A stretch of 64,000 bases of DNA from Spirochaetes bacterium GWF1_51_8. Its GTDB lineage: Bacteria > Spirochaetota > Brevinematia > Brevinematales > GWF1-51-8. Positions 25,685 to 35,024 of the stretch are shown here, piece after piece. Location of the stretch: positions 52,300 to 116,299 of the forward strand of contig MIBE01000006.1 in NCBI GenBank assembly GCA_001829415.1, written 5' to 3'. The notes under the pieces were generated by a model. It was not told the DNA's origin and did not search any database. It saw nothing but the letters and a program-made list of their open reading frames with translations. Position 1 is the stretch's first letter. Each line of letters opens with the position of its first letter. The position numbers and the translations under genes were made by a program.

Positions 25685-25815
25685 GGGTTACAATAATAGG
25701 GGCAGTTCTAAAAACAATTAACATTTATAACATTACTAATGATATATCTTTAATATACGCCCAATGGTCACTTCCTTGCCGCCGAGAATCGGCGGTTATT
25801 AGAAGTGCCCATAGT
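25685..25815 (-). repeat. structured intergenic repeat, copy A (minus orientation)
   Basis: Revcomp reads ATGGGCACTTCTAATAACCGCCGATTCTCGGCGGCAAGGAAGTGACCATTGGGCG + AT-rich tail. 49 of the first 54 nt are identical to copy B (63254-63307). Nested hairpin: 25764-25774/25802-25812 outer, 25779-25785/25789-25795 inner. Confidence 0.7.
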
Positions 25816-25839
25816 TGATTGGGTCTGTGATCGGTGTTT

Positions 25840-27186
25840 CTACGCCTTGACTTGATTGAGCAGGATCATCTCGCCGTTCTCGAGTTTTATCTTATAAGTT
25901 TTCTGCACATAGAACTTCGTCCGCAGGTTGTCGATAGTCAGGTTGTCGGTCAGTAGCCTGACCTTGAGATTCCTCGAGATCGCGGCGATCTTGTGCGAGT
26001 TGTCGATCGACTCACCCACGACGCGGACTTCCTTGAGGTGCTTCCCGGGAGTGTTCATCGCGCCGAAAACAAGCGGCCCTGAGTATATCCCCGATGTGCA
26101 GGGGATATTCAGCCCTTCGCTCTGCGCGAACGTATCGATATCTCCCATCACTCGGGTCGTGCATTCGACTGCGTTGTACTTCTGGTGTTCGAAATAGAAC
26201 GGCACCCCGAATACGAGGATGGCGTGGTTGTGATAAAAGTACGGGTAGCCGTCATAGTCGCCCGCCATTTCACCGATCAGCCCGACAATCCGGTTATTGA
26301 TCCTCAGGATTTCCTCGGCGCTCTCGATGTCTTTCGGGATATCATAGAGGATGGTCGCGATCGTCGCGTTCTTGAGTTCGCCGTTCATCTGGATGCCGTA
26401 TCTCGCGGTGTGCTCGCGGATTTGCCCGGAGATGTAGTTATTGTAGAGTGTCACGGTTTCCTTCTCACGGATCAGGCGGGACACGAGTTCCTTTATTTCG
26501 GTCTGGATATACCCCATTTCGCAGTCGTCGTTCACGACGGTATGGTTCTTCTCGATGTAGACGTCGATAGGATGGAGAGAGATCGCGGTCTTGCGCGCGC
26601 GCCTGCTCCGCAGGACGGTGAGCCAGATCGTGACGATCCAGTTCACACCCAACGCTCCGCCCATCAGGTAAAAGTCGAGGATGTCGAAGGCCTGGGCATA
26701 GAAAAAGTGTTTGGCCGCGAAGTATGCGATCGGTACGGCAAAGGCGAAAAAGAGAAAGATCAGGGTCGAGATGAGGCCTGTGCCGTGAACCGTGATTTTA
26801 GTATGTTTCAGGATCGATCCGAGCACGGTCTTGTGTGCCGCGAAGTAGAGGTTGCCGATCAAAGCGCCGACCACGAAAATGTATTGCAGGGACTGGTAGG
26901 GATTGCGTAACATGAACAGGTAATACATCGACGCGCCCAGCGCGATCAGTTCCATGAAGTAGGTGATGGTCGAGGAGTAACGCTTCACCGCGATATCGCC
27001 GCCGGTTTTATTCCCCGCGAGCGTTCCGTAGATATAAAACGCGGTCTGAAACAGCGTCGCGCCGCCGTAGAACGCGGTCACCCAGATATCGGTTTTCAGC
27101 TGGAAGTACTGCATCAGAAAATATGCCGCGCCGACTTCGGCGGCTTTAAAAAACACGAATAGCAGAATGTTGATGACTACCGGCAT
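25840..27186 (-). CDS. 6-TM membrane protein with C-terminal degenerate class III nucleotidyl-cyclase-like domain
   Basis: Six hydrophobic helices in the first ~210 aa. The C-terminal ~190 aa align by eye to a cyclase homology domain but have ILYDIPKDI instead of FxDIxGFT, NHAILVFG instead of GDaxxaxFG and GESIDNSHKIA instead of GDxVNxAsR. Confidence 0.8.
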   Translation of the reverse strand: MPVVINILLFVFFKAAEVGAAYFLMQYFQLKTDIWVTAFYGGATLFQTAFYIYGTLAGNKTGGDIAVKRYSSTITYFMELIALGASMYYLFMLRNPYQSLQYIFVVGALIGNLYFAAHKTVLGSILKHTKITVHGTGLISTLIFLFFAFAVPIAYFAAKHFFYAQAFDILDFYLMGGALGVNWIVTIWLTVLRSRRARKTAISLHPIDVYIEKNHTVVNDDCEMGYIQTEIKELVSRLIREKETVTLYNNYISGQIREHTARYGIQMNGELKNATIATILYDIPKDIESAEEILRINNRIVGLIGEMAGDYDGYPYFYHNHAILVFGVPFYFEHQKYNAVECTTRVMGDIDTFAQSEGLNIPCTSGIYSGPLVFGAMNTPGKHLKEVRVVGESIDNSHKIAAISRNLKVRLLTDNLTIDNLRTKFYVQKTYKIKLENGEMILLNQVKA

Positions 27187-27266
27187 ATCGCCCCTCGGAT
27201 TCCTGATTCTATCTGAATGAATCGTATACAGTCTTTATCGGAAAATCAATTTTATATATTGAATTT

Positions 27267-28967
27267 TCAATACTTTATCTTCGGTACGATCAGTTTGCCC
27301 TTCGGTTTTTCCTGCTGGCTCAGGTGCTTCTTTTCCTCTTCCTCGATCAGGTTGAGCAGGTTCTCCACATCGGTCGGCGAGATCGGTTTGGTCGGCTGTT
27401 GAGCCGTTTTCTGCTGTTCCTTCGGGTCCTTGTCTTGAGGATTCTGCTGTTTCGGGTCCTTTTTGTCCTGCTCCTTCTTGTCCTTGTTCTCTTTATTCTG
27501 CTGGTCCTTTTGGTCTTTCTGATCCTCTTTCTGCTGTTGAGGCGGGAACTTCTGTTTCAGGAAGATGAAGTTCTTGAGGGCGCGCTGGTACACCTCGGAC
27601 TTGGGGTCGGCGTGGTCGAGGACGTACTTGTAGGACAGAAGGGCGTTTTTGTAGTCTTTGAGCGAGGCGAAACTGTTCCCGAGGTTATACATCGCCTTCA
27701 TCTGCATATCGGTGTTTTTGGTGTTCGTCAGCGCGAGATAAGAACTCGCGGCCTTCTCGTACTCCTTGAGCTGGAAGTAGATATTGCCCTCGTTGTAACG
27801 GAGCAGGTCGTTTTTGGGGTCGGCGGTGATCGCCTTCTGGAACGACTGGAGCGCTTTCTCGTATTCCTTCTGCTGGTATGCCTTTACGCCGTCGGACGCG
27901 CTCGACGCGAATCCCGGCGAGGGAGCCAAAAGCGCGATGACCGCGATCACCGCGGGCATGAACGGTTTCTTCGCGTTGAGTTTCCGGTCGGGCAGGAAGA
28001 CGAAGATCAACAGGAGCAGTACGGCGACAAGGAGAAAATACTGGTATTGCGGTTCCATAAACTCGTAGATATTGCTTCCGAACTTCGACTTCTGGAGCTC
28101 GTTCAGACGGTCGGCGATAGCGAGGACGCCGTTCTCGGTGCCGGGGGCGTAAATCCCGCCCGTCTCGTCCGCGATAGCCTGAAGAAGTTTCTCGTTCAGA
28201 GCCGACACGACGGTCTGGCCGCCCTCGTCCATATATCCCGCGAGCGCGCCGTCCTCGTCGTAGACCGGCACTTTTCCGCCTTCCTTCGTCCCGAGGCCGA
28301 CTGTGAAGATGCGGATACCGTTCTGCTTCGCGAGCGCGGCTTGTTCGAGCGGTTTGAACTCATAGTCCTCGCCGTCGGAAAAGATCACGATGGCCTTATG
28401 GGTCAGAGCCTGTTTGTCGAAAAGCTCGATAGCGTTGGCGATACCGTCCTCGAGGTTCGAGCCGGGGATGTCGACCATTGTCGTAGAAAGCTCGTTCAGG
28501 AACAGGCTCGCGGCGTTGATATCCGCTGTTAACGGGATGACCTTGAAGCCGTACCCGGCGTATGCCGCCACCGCGATCCGGTTGCCGATCAGGAGACTCA
28601 TCATCTGCTGGGAAAGCTGTTTCGCGTACTCGAGACGGCTCGGCTGAAGGTCGGCCACTTCCATACTCGCGGATAAGTCCATCAGGAAAACGACGTCTAT
28701 CCCGGACATCTCGCGTTCCACCGCCTTGGAGCCCCAACGGGGATCGAGGGCGGAGAAGCCGAGGAAGAACAACGCCGCGATGAGGATGATAGTGCGGAAT
28801 ATCCGCGCGCCCGGGCTGAAATTGGATAACAGCGCGGCCTTTTGGGTGTCCGAGAACGCCTTATCGACTATTTTCTTGCGGCGCAGGAATGCCCAGACTA
28901 TCAATCCGCTCAACCCGAGCATGGCGGCGAGGATGAACAACCAGATGTCTTTATTCGCGAAATGCAT
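27267..28967 (-). CDS. BatB-like membrane protein: vWA domain + TPR repeats + K/Q/D-rich tail
   Basis: GGAGGG SD before ATG 28967. N-terminal TM pair ending ALDPRWG, MIDAS DVVFLMDLSASM...IVIFSDGED. A third TM, then TPR-like repeats (YNEGNIYFQLKEYEKAASSY...) and a low-complexity QQQKEDQKDQKDQQNKENKDKKEQDKKD tail. Confidence 0.9.
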   Translation of the reverse strand: MHFANKDIWLFILAAMLGLSGLIVWAFLRRKKIVDKAFSDTQKAALLSNFSPGARIFRTIILIAALFFLGFSALDPRWGSKAVEREMSGIDVVFLMDLSASMEVADLQPSRLEYAKQLSQQMMSLLIGNRIAVAAYAGYGFKVIPLTADINAASLFLNELSTTMVDIPGSNLEDGIANAIELFDKQALTHKAIVIFSDGEDYEFKPLEQAALAKQNGIRIFTVGLGTKEGGKVPVYDEDGALAGYMDEGGQTVVSALNEKLLQAIADETGGIYAPGTENGVLAIADRLNELQKSKFGSNIYEFMEPQYQYFLLVAVLLLLIFVFLPDRKLNAKKPFMPAVIAVIALLAPSPGFASSASDGVKAYQQKEYEKALQSFQKAITADPKNDLLRYNEGNIYFQLKEYEKAASSYLALTNTKNTDMQMKAMYNLGNSFASLKDYKNALLSYKYVLDHADPKSEVYQRALKNFIFLKQKFPPQQQKEDQKDQKDQQNKENKDKKEQDKKDPKQQNPQDKDPKEQQKTAQQPTKPISPTDVENLLNLIEEEEKKHLSQQEKPKGKLIVPKIKY

Positions 28968-29051
28968 ATTTCCCTCCGGCACATATCATTTTAATGAAAA
29001 AATGGTGAAAAATCAAATCGCTTTGCCGTACTCCCGCATTATTTGATTCTG

Positions 29052-30701
29052 TCAGCCGGGAGAATTTATTTGTAACGGCCGGGTTTTTCCGATAGCCTGT
29101 TTATTCTTCAGTTCGTCCAAGTCGAGGACATCCGTCGCGATTCTCTGTGTGAAGACAGCGTCGTGCTCGACGAAAATCATCGTCGGACTCGATTCGATCA
29201 CCGCCTCTTCGATTCGTTCGCGCGCGGGCATATCCATATAGTTCAACGGTTCGTCCCAGATGAACAGATGCGCTGGGCTGACCAGCGATCCCGCTAGTTC
29301 GATTTTCCTCATCTCTCCCTCGCTGAAATCACCCGGGACTTTCGCGGAAAGATCGCCTTTAATACCCAGACACCCGAGGATCAGACGGAATTGGTCGAAG
29401 TCAAGTTTCTTCGTTTTCAGGTATTCCATGAACGAACCATCGCGCCATGAGTTTTCCTGACGGCAAACCGAAACGGAAAGATGCCGCGGAAAATAAATGT
29501 CTCCCGTAGCCGGTTTCAGTTCGCCTAAGAGGATTCTTATAAGAGTAGATTTTCCCGATCCGTTCGTCCCGGAAAGCGCGAGGCGCATTCCCTTGCGGAC
29601 TTCCAACCGGAAGTCGCGGAGGATTTCAAATCCGTCGTAACTGAAAAAAATACTATCTGCACGCACAAGTACCTCGGGAATTTTTTCCGCAACGGGTATT
29701 TTGATTCGATACTCCTTATCGATATTGAGAAGCAGCCCCTTCTTTTCTTCGATCTCCTCGAGTTTCCGGCGTTTGATGACAAGCGCCTGCTTCATCATTT
29801 TCGCCGCTTTATGCCCTATCGCTCCTTTGTTGTTTCCGACATCGTTGTTCCCGTTATACTTGTTCATCTCCTGTTTATCCGACCAGCCTCGACGTTGTCT
29901 CTCCGCCGATTCGAGCTTAACGATAGTCCTTTTTATTTTCTCGTTTCTCTTTTCTTCGGATGCGGTTTTCATCATGCGGGCGGAATCCCATTCGGCGAAA
30001 CCGTGGAGATGGATTTCAACACCCGTCTTTTCAAATGCGAGGGTGTGATCGGTACAGTTTTCCAGGAAACGTCTGTCGTGCGAGACGCAGAGGAAGCCTT
30101 GACGGGATTTAAGGTAGGCCGCGACTATTTCACGCCCGGCCGTGTCCAAATGATTTGTAGGCTCATCGATCAACGGGTAGACGTCCTTCTGCAGGAACAA
30201 TCCCGCGATCATAAGCCGGGTTTTTTCACCGGGGCTCAATGTCGCGAATGAGCGGGTCAATATATCCGGCGAGAATCCCAGCGCAGTAACTTCGCGTTCC
30301 AGCCGTACGTCGATATCATATCCCCCCGCGTTTCGGAATTGATCTTCCAGTAACGTATATTCGGAAAGCGCCTTTTCGCTTCCATCGGCAAGAAGTTCTT
30401 CGATCTTCGCCCAAATCCTGCGGTAGGGATAGAGCATCGATAATGCGCATTCCCGCACGCTTCGATTCCAGTCATCCGTATCGAACGGGAAATACGCCAC
30501 GGGTAATTCCGAGACGATGGCGCCTTTGACCGGATCGAGCGCGCCGGAGATAAGGCGGAGAAAGGTTGTTTTTCCACGCCCGTTTAAGCCGACCGCGCCT
30601 GTATGCCACGAGCAGTCGAGTTCTAACTCAAGGTTGTTGAATACTGAACGGTAAGGGGATGTATAATGAAACGAAACGCCCGAAAATCGAATCTTAGCCA
30701 T
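29052..30701 (-). CDS. ABC-F family ATPase (two ABC domains, no TMD; Lsa-like architecture)
   Basis: Walker A GLNGRGKTT and GTNGSGKST, signatures LSPGEKTR and FSEGEMRK, no membrane segment. The N-terminus FHYTSPYRSVFNNLELELDCSWHTGAVGLNGRGKTTFLRLISG resembles Lsa-type ABC-F proteins. GGAGGT SD. Confidence 0.9.
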   Translation of the reverse strand: MAKIRFSGVSFHYTSPYRSVFNNLELELDCSWHTGAVGLNGRGKTTFLRLISGALDPVKGAIVSELPVAYFPFDTDDWNRSVRECALSMLYPYRRIWAKIEELLADGSEKALSEYTLLEDQFRNAGGYDIDVRLEREVTALGFSPDILTRSFATLSPGEKTRLMIAGLFLQKDVYPLIDEPTNHLDTAGREIVAAYLKSRQGFLCVSHDRRFLENCTDHTLAFEKTGVEIHLHGFAEWDSARMMKTASEEKRNEKIKRTIVKLESAERQRRGWSDKQEMNKYNGNNDVGNNKGAIGHKAAKMMKQALVIKRRKLEEIEEKKGLLLNIDKEYRIKIPVAEKIPEVLVRADSIFFSYDGFEILRDFRLEVRKGMRLALSGTNGSGKSTLIRILLGELKPATGDIYFPRHLSVSVCRQENSWRDGSFMEYLKTKKLDFDQFRLILGCLGIKGDLSAKVPGDFSEGEMRKIELAGSLVSPAHLFIWDEPLNYMDMPARERIEEAVIESSPTMIFVEHDAVFTQRIATDVLDLDELKNKQAIGKTRPLQINSPG

Positions 30702-30895
30702 AAGCTACCTCCATTGGTTCACAAGAAAACACTCAAAGTCAAACCGAATGTGAGATAGTTAAAGCTTCATCCGTTACCCTCCGGGATTATTTTACGGAAC
30801 TGATTTAAGAATATAGAATTTTAGCGATCCTTAGAAAAAATTTCAAGTATTTAATTATTTGTCTTAAAAAAGACCTATCCGGCTATACCTAGCGC

Positions 30896-31732
30896 CTATT
30901 TATGTTCGTTGAAGAAAATGCTCAGGATCAGGAAGACTTCGTTGCCGGAGACCTTCACACCCTGCTTCTCCATTTCTTTCACGATCGCGTCCTTGCTCAT
31001 GGCGGGATTCGCTTTTTTGAAATCGACCACTTTCGCAATATTTTCGATGCTTACTGGATAAACTTCCATGAAGAAGCCCCTGTTCTGCAGGGTGACCATC
31101 GCGCATTTATATTTGAAGTTTTCGACCTTCAGCTCGTTCATCTCGTAGCTCATCATCGCGAGTTTAGCCTCGAGGTCCTCGAGCTTGTTCGCGAGGTACT
31201 CGATATCGCCGGTCTTGATGAACGCCTTGGGGTTCTGGACAGCGCCGGTGATCTGCTTGCGGAGTTCCTGCTCGTTGACATAGATACCCTTGACACGCAG
31301 GAAAAGGTTGCCTTTATAGTTCATACGGAAGTCGTAACGGAGGATGTAGTCGTTGAAGTCCACATAGAAGAAGAGGCCCGACGGGAAATAGGACATGTAG
31401 TCGACCGAGTCGATCTCGATCTTCTGGGGGATGAGGACGACCTCGATGCTCTTATCGTTGACAAGGAAACGGAGCTGTGAGATCGGGAAGGACTTCCATC
31501 CGAAGAATTCCGCGGCGACATCGGCGATCTTTTTCGCCTGCTTCGCGGTAATCTCGGCGACATAGAGCACCTTGAAACTGTTCGCGCCCGATTCGTCCTG
31601 TATCACGAGCGTCTTTTTATCTTCCTCCGTGCCCTCGCTCTGCACTGAAAAGCCGGTGTTCTCCCATACCGATGCGAAACCGCCTGTCGCGAGGCAGAAT
31701 ACCGATAAGAACGCGATTATCTTTACTTTCAT
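30896..31732 (-). CDS. secreted protein of unknown function with a central coiled coil
   Basis: AAGGAGA SD, signal peptide MKVKIIAFLSVFCLATGGFA. Heptad-like YLANKLEDLEAKLAMMSYEMNELKVENF. Last gene of the cyclase operon. Confidence 0.75.
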   Translation of the reverse strand: MKVKIIAFLSVFCLATGGFASVWENTGFSVQSEGTEEDKKTLVIQDESGANSFKVLYVAEITAKQAKKIADVAAEFFGWKSFPISQLRFLVNDKSIEVVLIPQKIEIDSVDYMSYFPSGLFFYVDFNDYILRYDFRMNYKGNLFLRVKGIYVNEQELRKQITGAVQNPKAFIKTGDIEYLANKLEDLEAKLAMMSYEMNELKVENFKYKCAMVTLQNRGFFMEVYPVSIENIAKVVDFKKANPAMSKDAIVKEMEKQGVKVSGNEVFLILSIFFNEHK

Positions 31733-31777
31733 TATTTTCTCCTTGTGGTCATTTCAATAATACTTATAAATAAATGA

Positions 31778-33130
31778 CTACTTGATATTGACGAGAATCC
31801 GGTCGAGCGGAAGGATCTGTTCGCCCTCGGCGAGCTCGATTATCTCTGCGATCACGGCGTCGGCCTGCGGGTCGAGCTTGATCTTCCCGATATACTCGTC
31901 GTCGTTACGGAACACGATGGCCGTGTCCCCTTTTTTGATCGGGTACGCTTTATTGATATAGACCACTATTTTCTTGCTGTCGCGCGGATCGAGGATATAT
32001 CCCGATTCGCGGCCGATCTTGGTGAAGTACTCGAACGCGTACTCGTAGGTGTCGATCAGCTTGTTCTTCTTCTCGACCGTTTTGAGGAGTTTCGACCACA
32101 ACATATCGTAGTCCTTGAGCGTGCCGTCGAAATAGTACTTCATCGAAAGGAGCGCGGCCGGTACGGTGTTGGTATACGGCACCGCCGCTATCCGGGTGTA
32201 GATAGTGATGAAATTCGCGGCCTTTTTCTTCAATGAATCGAACTCGTCCTTGGTGAGGACATTTTCCTTCCCGAGCAGCATGTTATACTCCGGCGAGGTC
32301 CCGGCGGGAGCGCCCTTCGCGACCAGTAAGGACTTCACATTGTCTTCTTTAATAACAGGATTGTATTTCAGGATGAGCACACGGATCAGTTCCTTATGGA
32401 GTTTCTGGATTTTCGAAATATCGGTCAGGTGCTGTTTATTCATCTCTTTGATCTTCTGTTCGTAGTAGAGCTTGGTCTTCTCGAGGCGGATTTCGAAGAT
32501 TTTTTCATATTCGGAGTAGGCCGCTTCTTCGCCTGACGAGGCTGCGCCCGGGGCGTCCTTCATAGTGCTGAGGTTCTGCTTGATATCGTCGACCTCTTCC
32601 TGTTTCATCGCGATCTTGGAGTCGTATTTCGACTCCGCGGAATAAGCCTTGGCTTGGCCTTGTTTCTTCAATGCCGCGATTTCGGCTTCGGTCTCGGCGG
32701 GAGACATCCCTTTCTGTTTGGCGATCTCGATCAACTGGTCTGTTTCCGAATAGATCTGGGAGAGTTCAAGGTCTTTCTGGAACTTCAGTTGTTTGATATC
32801 CTGTTCGAGGAACTTCATCCTCGACTTCTCAGAACTCGAGTTCTTCAGCAGTTCGGTCAGCTTTAGGTCTTCGAATTCCGTGATATCGACCTGGACATTC
32901 GTCTGCCTCTGCTGGATGATCTGCACGGTGAAGAACGACGCCCCGGCAAGAAGCACGAGAAAGAAGATGATCGCCCAGACTATCAGGACGCGCTTGTTCT
33001 TCTTCGACTTCGAGAATTCTTTCTCAAGGGAATACTCGATCACTTCACGGGTGGTATCGACTACCTCGCCCCTGAGAAAGTTCGATTTAGCCTGATTGAT
33101 GATTTGATTTATTTGCTTGTCATTGCCCAT
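31778..33130 (-). CDS. single-pass membrane coiled-coil protein of unknown function
   Basis: GGAGCGG SD. One TM (VLIVWAIIFFLVLLAGASFFTV), then a long K/E/Q-rich coiled coil and a C-terminal beta-rich domain. Start overlaps the cyclase gene by 22 nt. Confidence 0.75.
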   Translation of the reverse strand: MGNDKQINQIINQAKSNFLRGEVVDTTREVIEYSLEKEFSKSKKNKRVLIVWAIIFFLVLLAGASFFTVQIIQQRQTNVQVDITEFEDLKLTELLKNSSSEKSRMKFLEQDIKQLKFQKDLELSQIYSETDQLIEIAKQKGMSPAETEAEIAALKKQGQAKAYSAESKYDSKIAMKQEEVDDIKQNLSTMKDAPGAASSGEEAAYSEYEKIFEIRLEKTKLYYEQKIKEMNKQHLTDISKIQKLHKELIRVLILKYNPVIKEDNVKSLLVAKGAPAGTSPEYNMLLGKENVLTKDEFDSLKKKAANFITIYTRIAAVPYTNTVPAALLSMKYYFDGTLKDYDMLWSKLLKTVEKKNKLIDTYEYAFEYFTKIGRESGYILDPRDSKKIVVYINKAYPIKKGDTAIVFRNDDEYIGKIKLDPQADAVIAEIIELAEGEQILPLDRILVNIK

Positions 33131-34818
33131 ATTCCGCTCCAGTTACTTGGGGGTATTTTCTTCTGGGTTCTTTCGATAAATACATCAGCGATCGGAAGTC
33201 CGACCTTGGTAAATTTATCGTAAGCCTTGACCCAGTCGCCTTTATAATAATCGTTCAGCGCATCGTTAAATGTTTTCAGCTTCTCGCTGAGTTCCTTACT
33301 CAGGCGGTCGGGCGGTATCGGCCAGTAGATGGTTACCCCCTCTGTTTTTCCCTTTACCTGTACCGTATCGATCTCGGCGAAGTAAATGCCGAAGTTCTTG
33401 GATGTCTTTTCGATCTCGTCCTTGACAAACTCTGAACAGATCACCGGCACCTTATACACACGTGTCAATCCCTCGAGACGGGATGCGGAGTTGACCTTGT
33501 CTCCGATCACGGTGTTGGTCATGCGGACATACGACCCGATATTACCGTAAAATACGTTACCGCTGTCGATACCGACACCGACTTCGAGAAGCACGGCCTT
33601 GTAGACCTTTTCCTCGAGTTCGGACAATGCGCCGTTAAGACGGAGGATATCTTCCTTGCGTTTGTGCATTTCCATACGGAGCATTTCAGCGACTTCCTGT
33701 ATCTTGTACCCGGAAAGCACCGCTTTCAGGGACTTATTCTGCTGGTTCTCGTCGATCACGCCGAACACCGCGAGAAGCGCGTCGCCGATAATAGAGCCGA
33801 TGATTCCGTCGAGAGTGACAATCTCGCGGATCGCGCGGTCGTAATGGATATTCAGGAGTTTGATAATATCGGTACCGAGCGTTTCGGTGATATAGGTGAA
33901 ACTCTTGATATCCGTAAAGAGTATCGTCAGTTCGAGCTGGGTTCCCTCGAGGCGAACTTCTTTTTCGTTGTACGCCTTACGGACGATATCTTTATTCACG
34001 AATTTCCGGAATATGAGGAGCAGGTTGTTGATCGTGGTCGAGAGCGAGTTAAACGCCATCCCGAGGAAGGTCACATCGTCGTTGGGCGCGCGTTTGACGT
34101 CGATCAGATCCATAGACTGAGTATCGCTCATCTTCATGATCGAATCGGTGATATGCCCGATGAAGTGAGTGATGCGTTTGATCACGACGATCCCGACGAA
34201 CATACTGATGACCGTGATGATTGCGATGATGAGCGCGATATTAAGGAAGATCGCCTGCGAAGGCTCGTTAAACTCGTTCATCTCTTCCGCGCGGATGATA
34301 TAAATACCCCATTTTGAGTTGTATTTGTAGATACCGAGGTAGTTCTCGCCGTGGAACTTGAAGTTGAGCACGCCTTCGGTTGCGGTATTCGTCCCCGATG
34401 TGAGCATCAGCTGCAGTGAAGCATGGTCGCCGAATACAGCCTGCTTCTCGAACTTCGAGGCCTGGAAAAAGAACGATCCGTCCGCCTTTACACCGAGGGT
34501 GACCGACTTCTTGTTCTTAAATGTGTTCATCGAGCGAAGTTCGATATTCGAAACCGCTGTGTCAAGCTTCGAGTTGAACTCGTAGATTTCGCGCTGGTTG
34601 TTACAGAAGGTGTAGATTTCCTTGAGGTCCTTGATCAGGAGCTGTTTCATCGATTGGATGAGTTCGCCCTGGTTCAGGATCAGGTTGATGTAGTTTGTCG
34701 CGAAGTTCGACGCGAGAATAAAAACGACGAATACCAGCAGGATTTTGGTGGTTAACGGGACAACACGCGCGGTCCCGACCTTTTTACCGAGTAGAAATTC
34801 GGAAAATGTCTTTTTCAT
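33109..34818 (-). CDS. membrane-bound sensor adenylate/guanylate cyclase (2 TM, periplasmic sensor, HAMP, class III cyclase)
   Basis: Intact catalytic motifs LTILFTDIKSFT, GSIIGDALLAVFG and TVIGDKVNSASRLEGLT. TM helices LTTKILLVFVVFILASNFA and IFLNIALIIAIITVISMFVGIVVI flank a ~150-aa outside domain. Confidence 0.92.
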   Translation of the reverse strand: MKKTFSEFLLGKKVGTARVVPLTTKILLVFVVFILASNFATNYINLILNQGELIQSMKQLLIKDLKEIYTFCNNQREIYEFNSKLDTAVSNIELRSMNTFKNKKSVTLGVKADGSFFFQASKFEKQAVFGDHASLQLMLTSGTNTATEGVLNFKFHGENYLGIYKYNSKWGIYIIRAEEMNEFNEPSQAIFLNIALIIAIITVISMFVGIVVIKRITHFIGHITDSIMKMSDTQSMDLIDVKRAPNDDVTFLGMAFNSLSTTINNLLLIFRKFVNKDIVRKAYNEKEVRLEGTQLELTILFTDIKSFTYITETLGTDIIKLLNIHYDRAIREIVTLDGIIGSIIGDALLAVFGVIDENQQNKSLKAVLSGYKIQEVAEMLRMEMHKRKEDILRLNGALSELEEKVYKAVLLEVGVGIDSGNVFYGNIGSYVRMTNTVIGDKVNSASRLEGLTRVYKVPVICSEFVKDEIEKTSKNFGIYFAEIDTVQVKGKTEGVTIYWPIPPDRLSKELSEKLKTFNDALNDYYKGDWVKAYDKFTKVGLPIADVFIERTQKKIPPSNWSGIWAMTSK

Positions 34819-34911
34819 GCCCCTTCCTTGGATTTATTCTATGACCGTTATGAATTATATACCCGTGTTAAAAAAATGGCAATAAAAATCTTTAATTGAG
34901 CGGTTAATTTT

Positions 34912-34985
34912 TTATGGGCACTTCTATATAACGCCGTTTCACGGCGCAAAGCAGCGCCCATTGGGCGAAATATTTGAAAAAATAA
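34912..34985 (+). repeat. structured intergenic repeat, copy C (5' ~60 nt conserved)
   Basis: TATGGGCACTTCTATATAACGCCGTTTCACGGCGCAAAGCAGCGCCCATTGGGCG. Outer arms ATGGGC (34914-34919) / GCCCAT (34956-34961), inner CGCCG (34932-34936) / CGGCG (34942-34946). Shares the left arm and the CCATTGGGCG flank with copies A and B. Confidence 0.55.
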
Positions 34986-35024
34986 CCTTTTATGTGAAAA
35001 TGCAAAGTGGTTTTTAACCCACCC

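Noticed and set aside
27267-28982. BatB-like gene as part of a Bat aerotolerance operon
   Set aside because: No batA, batC, batD, moxR or DUF58 genes flank it. It appears to be a solitary vWA-TPR fusion, so no operon-level claim is made.
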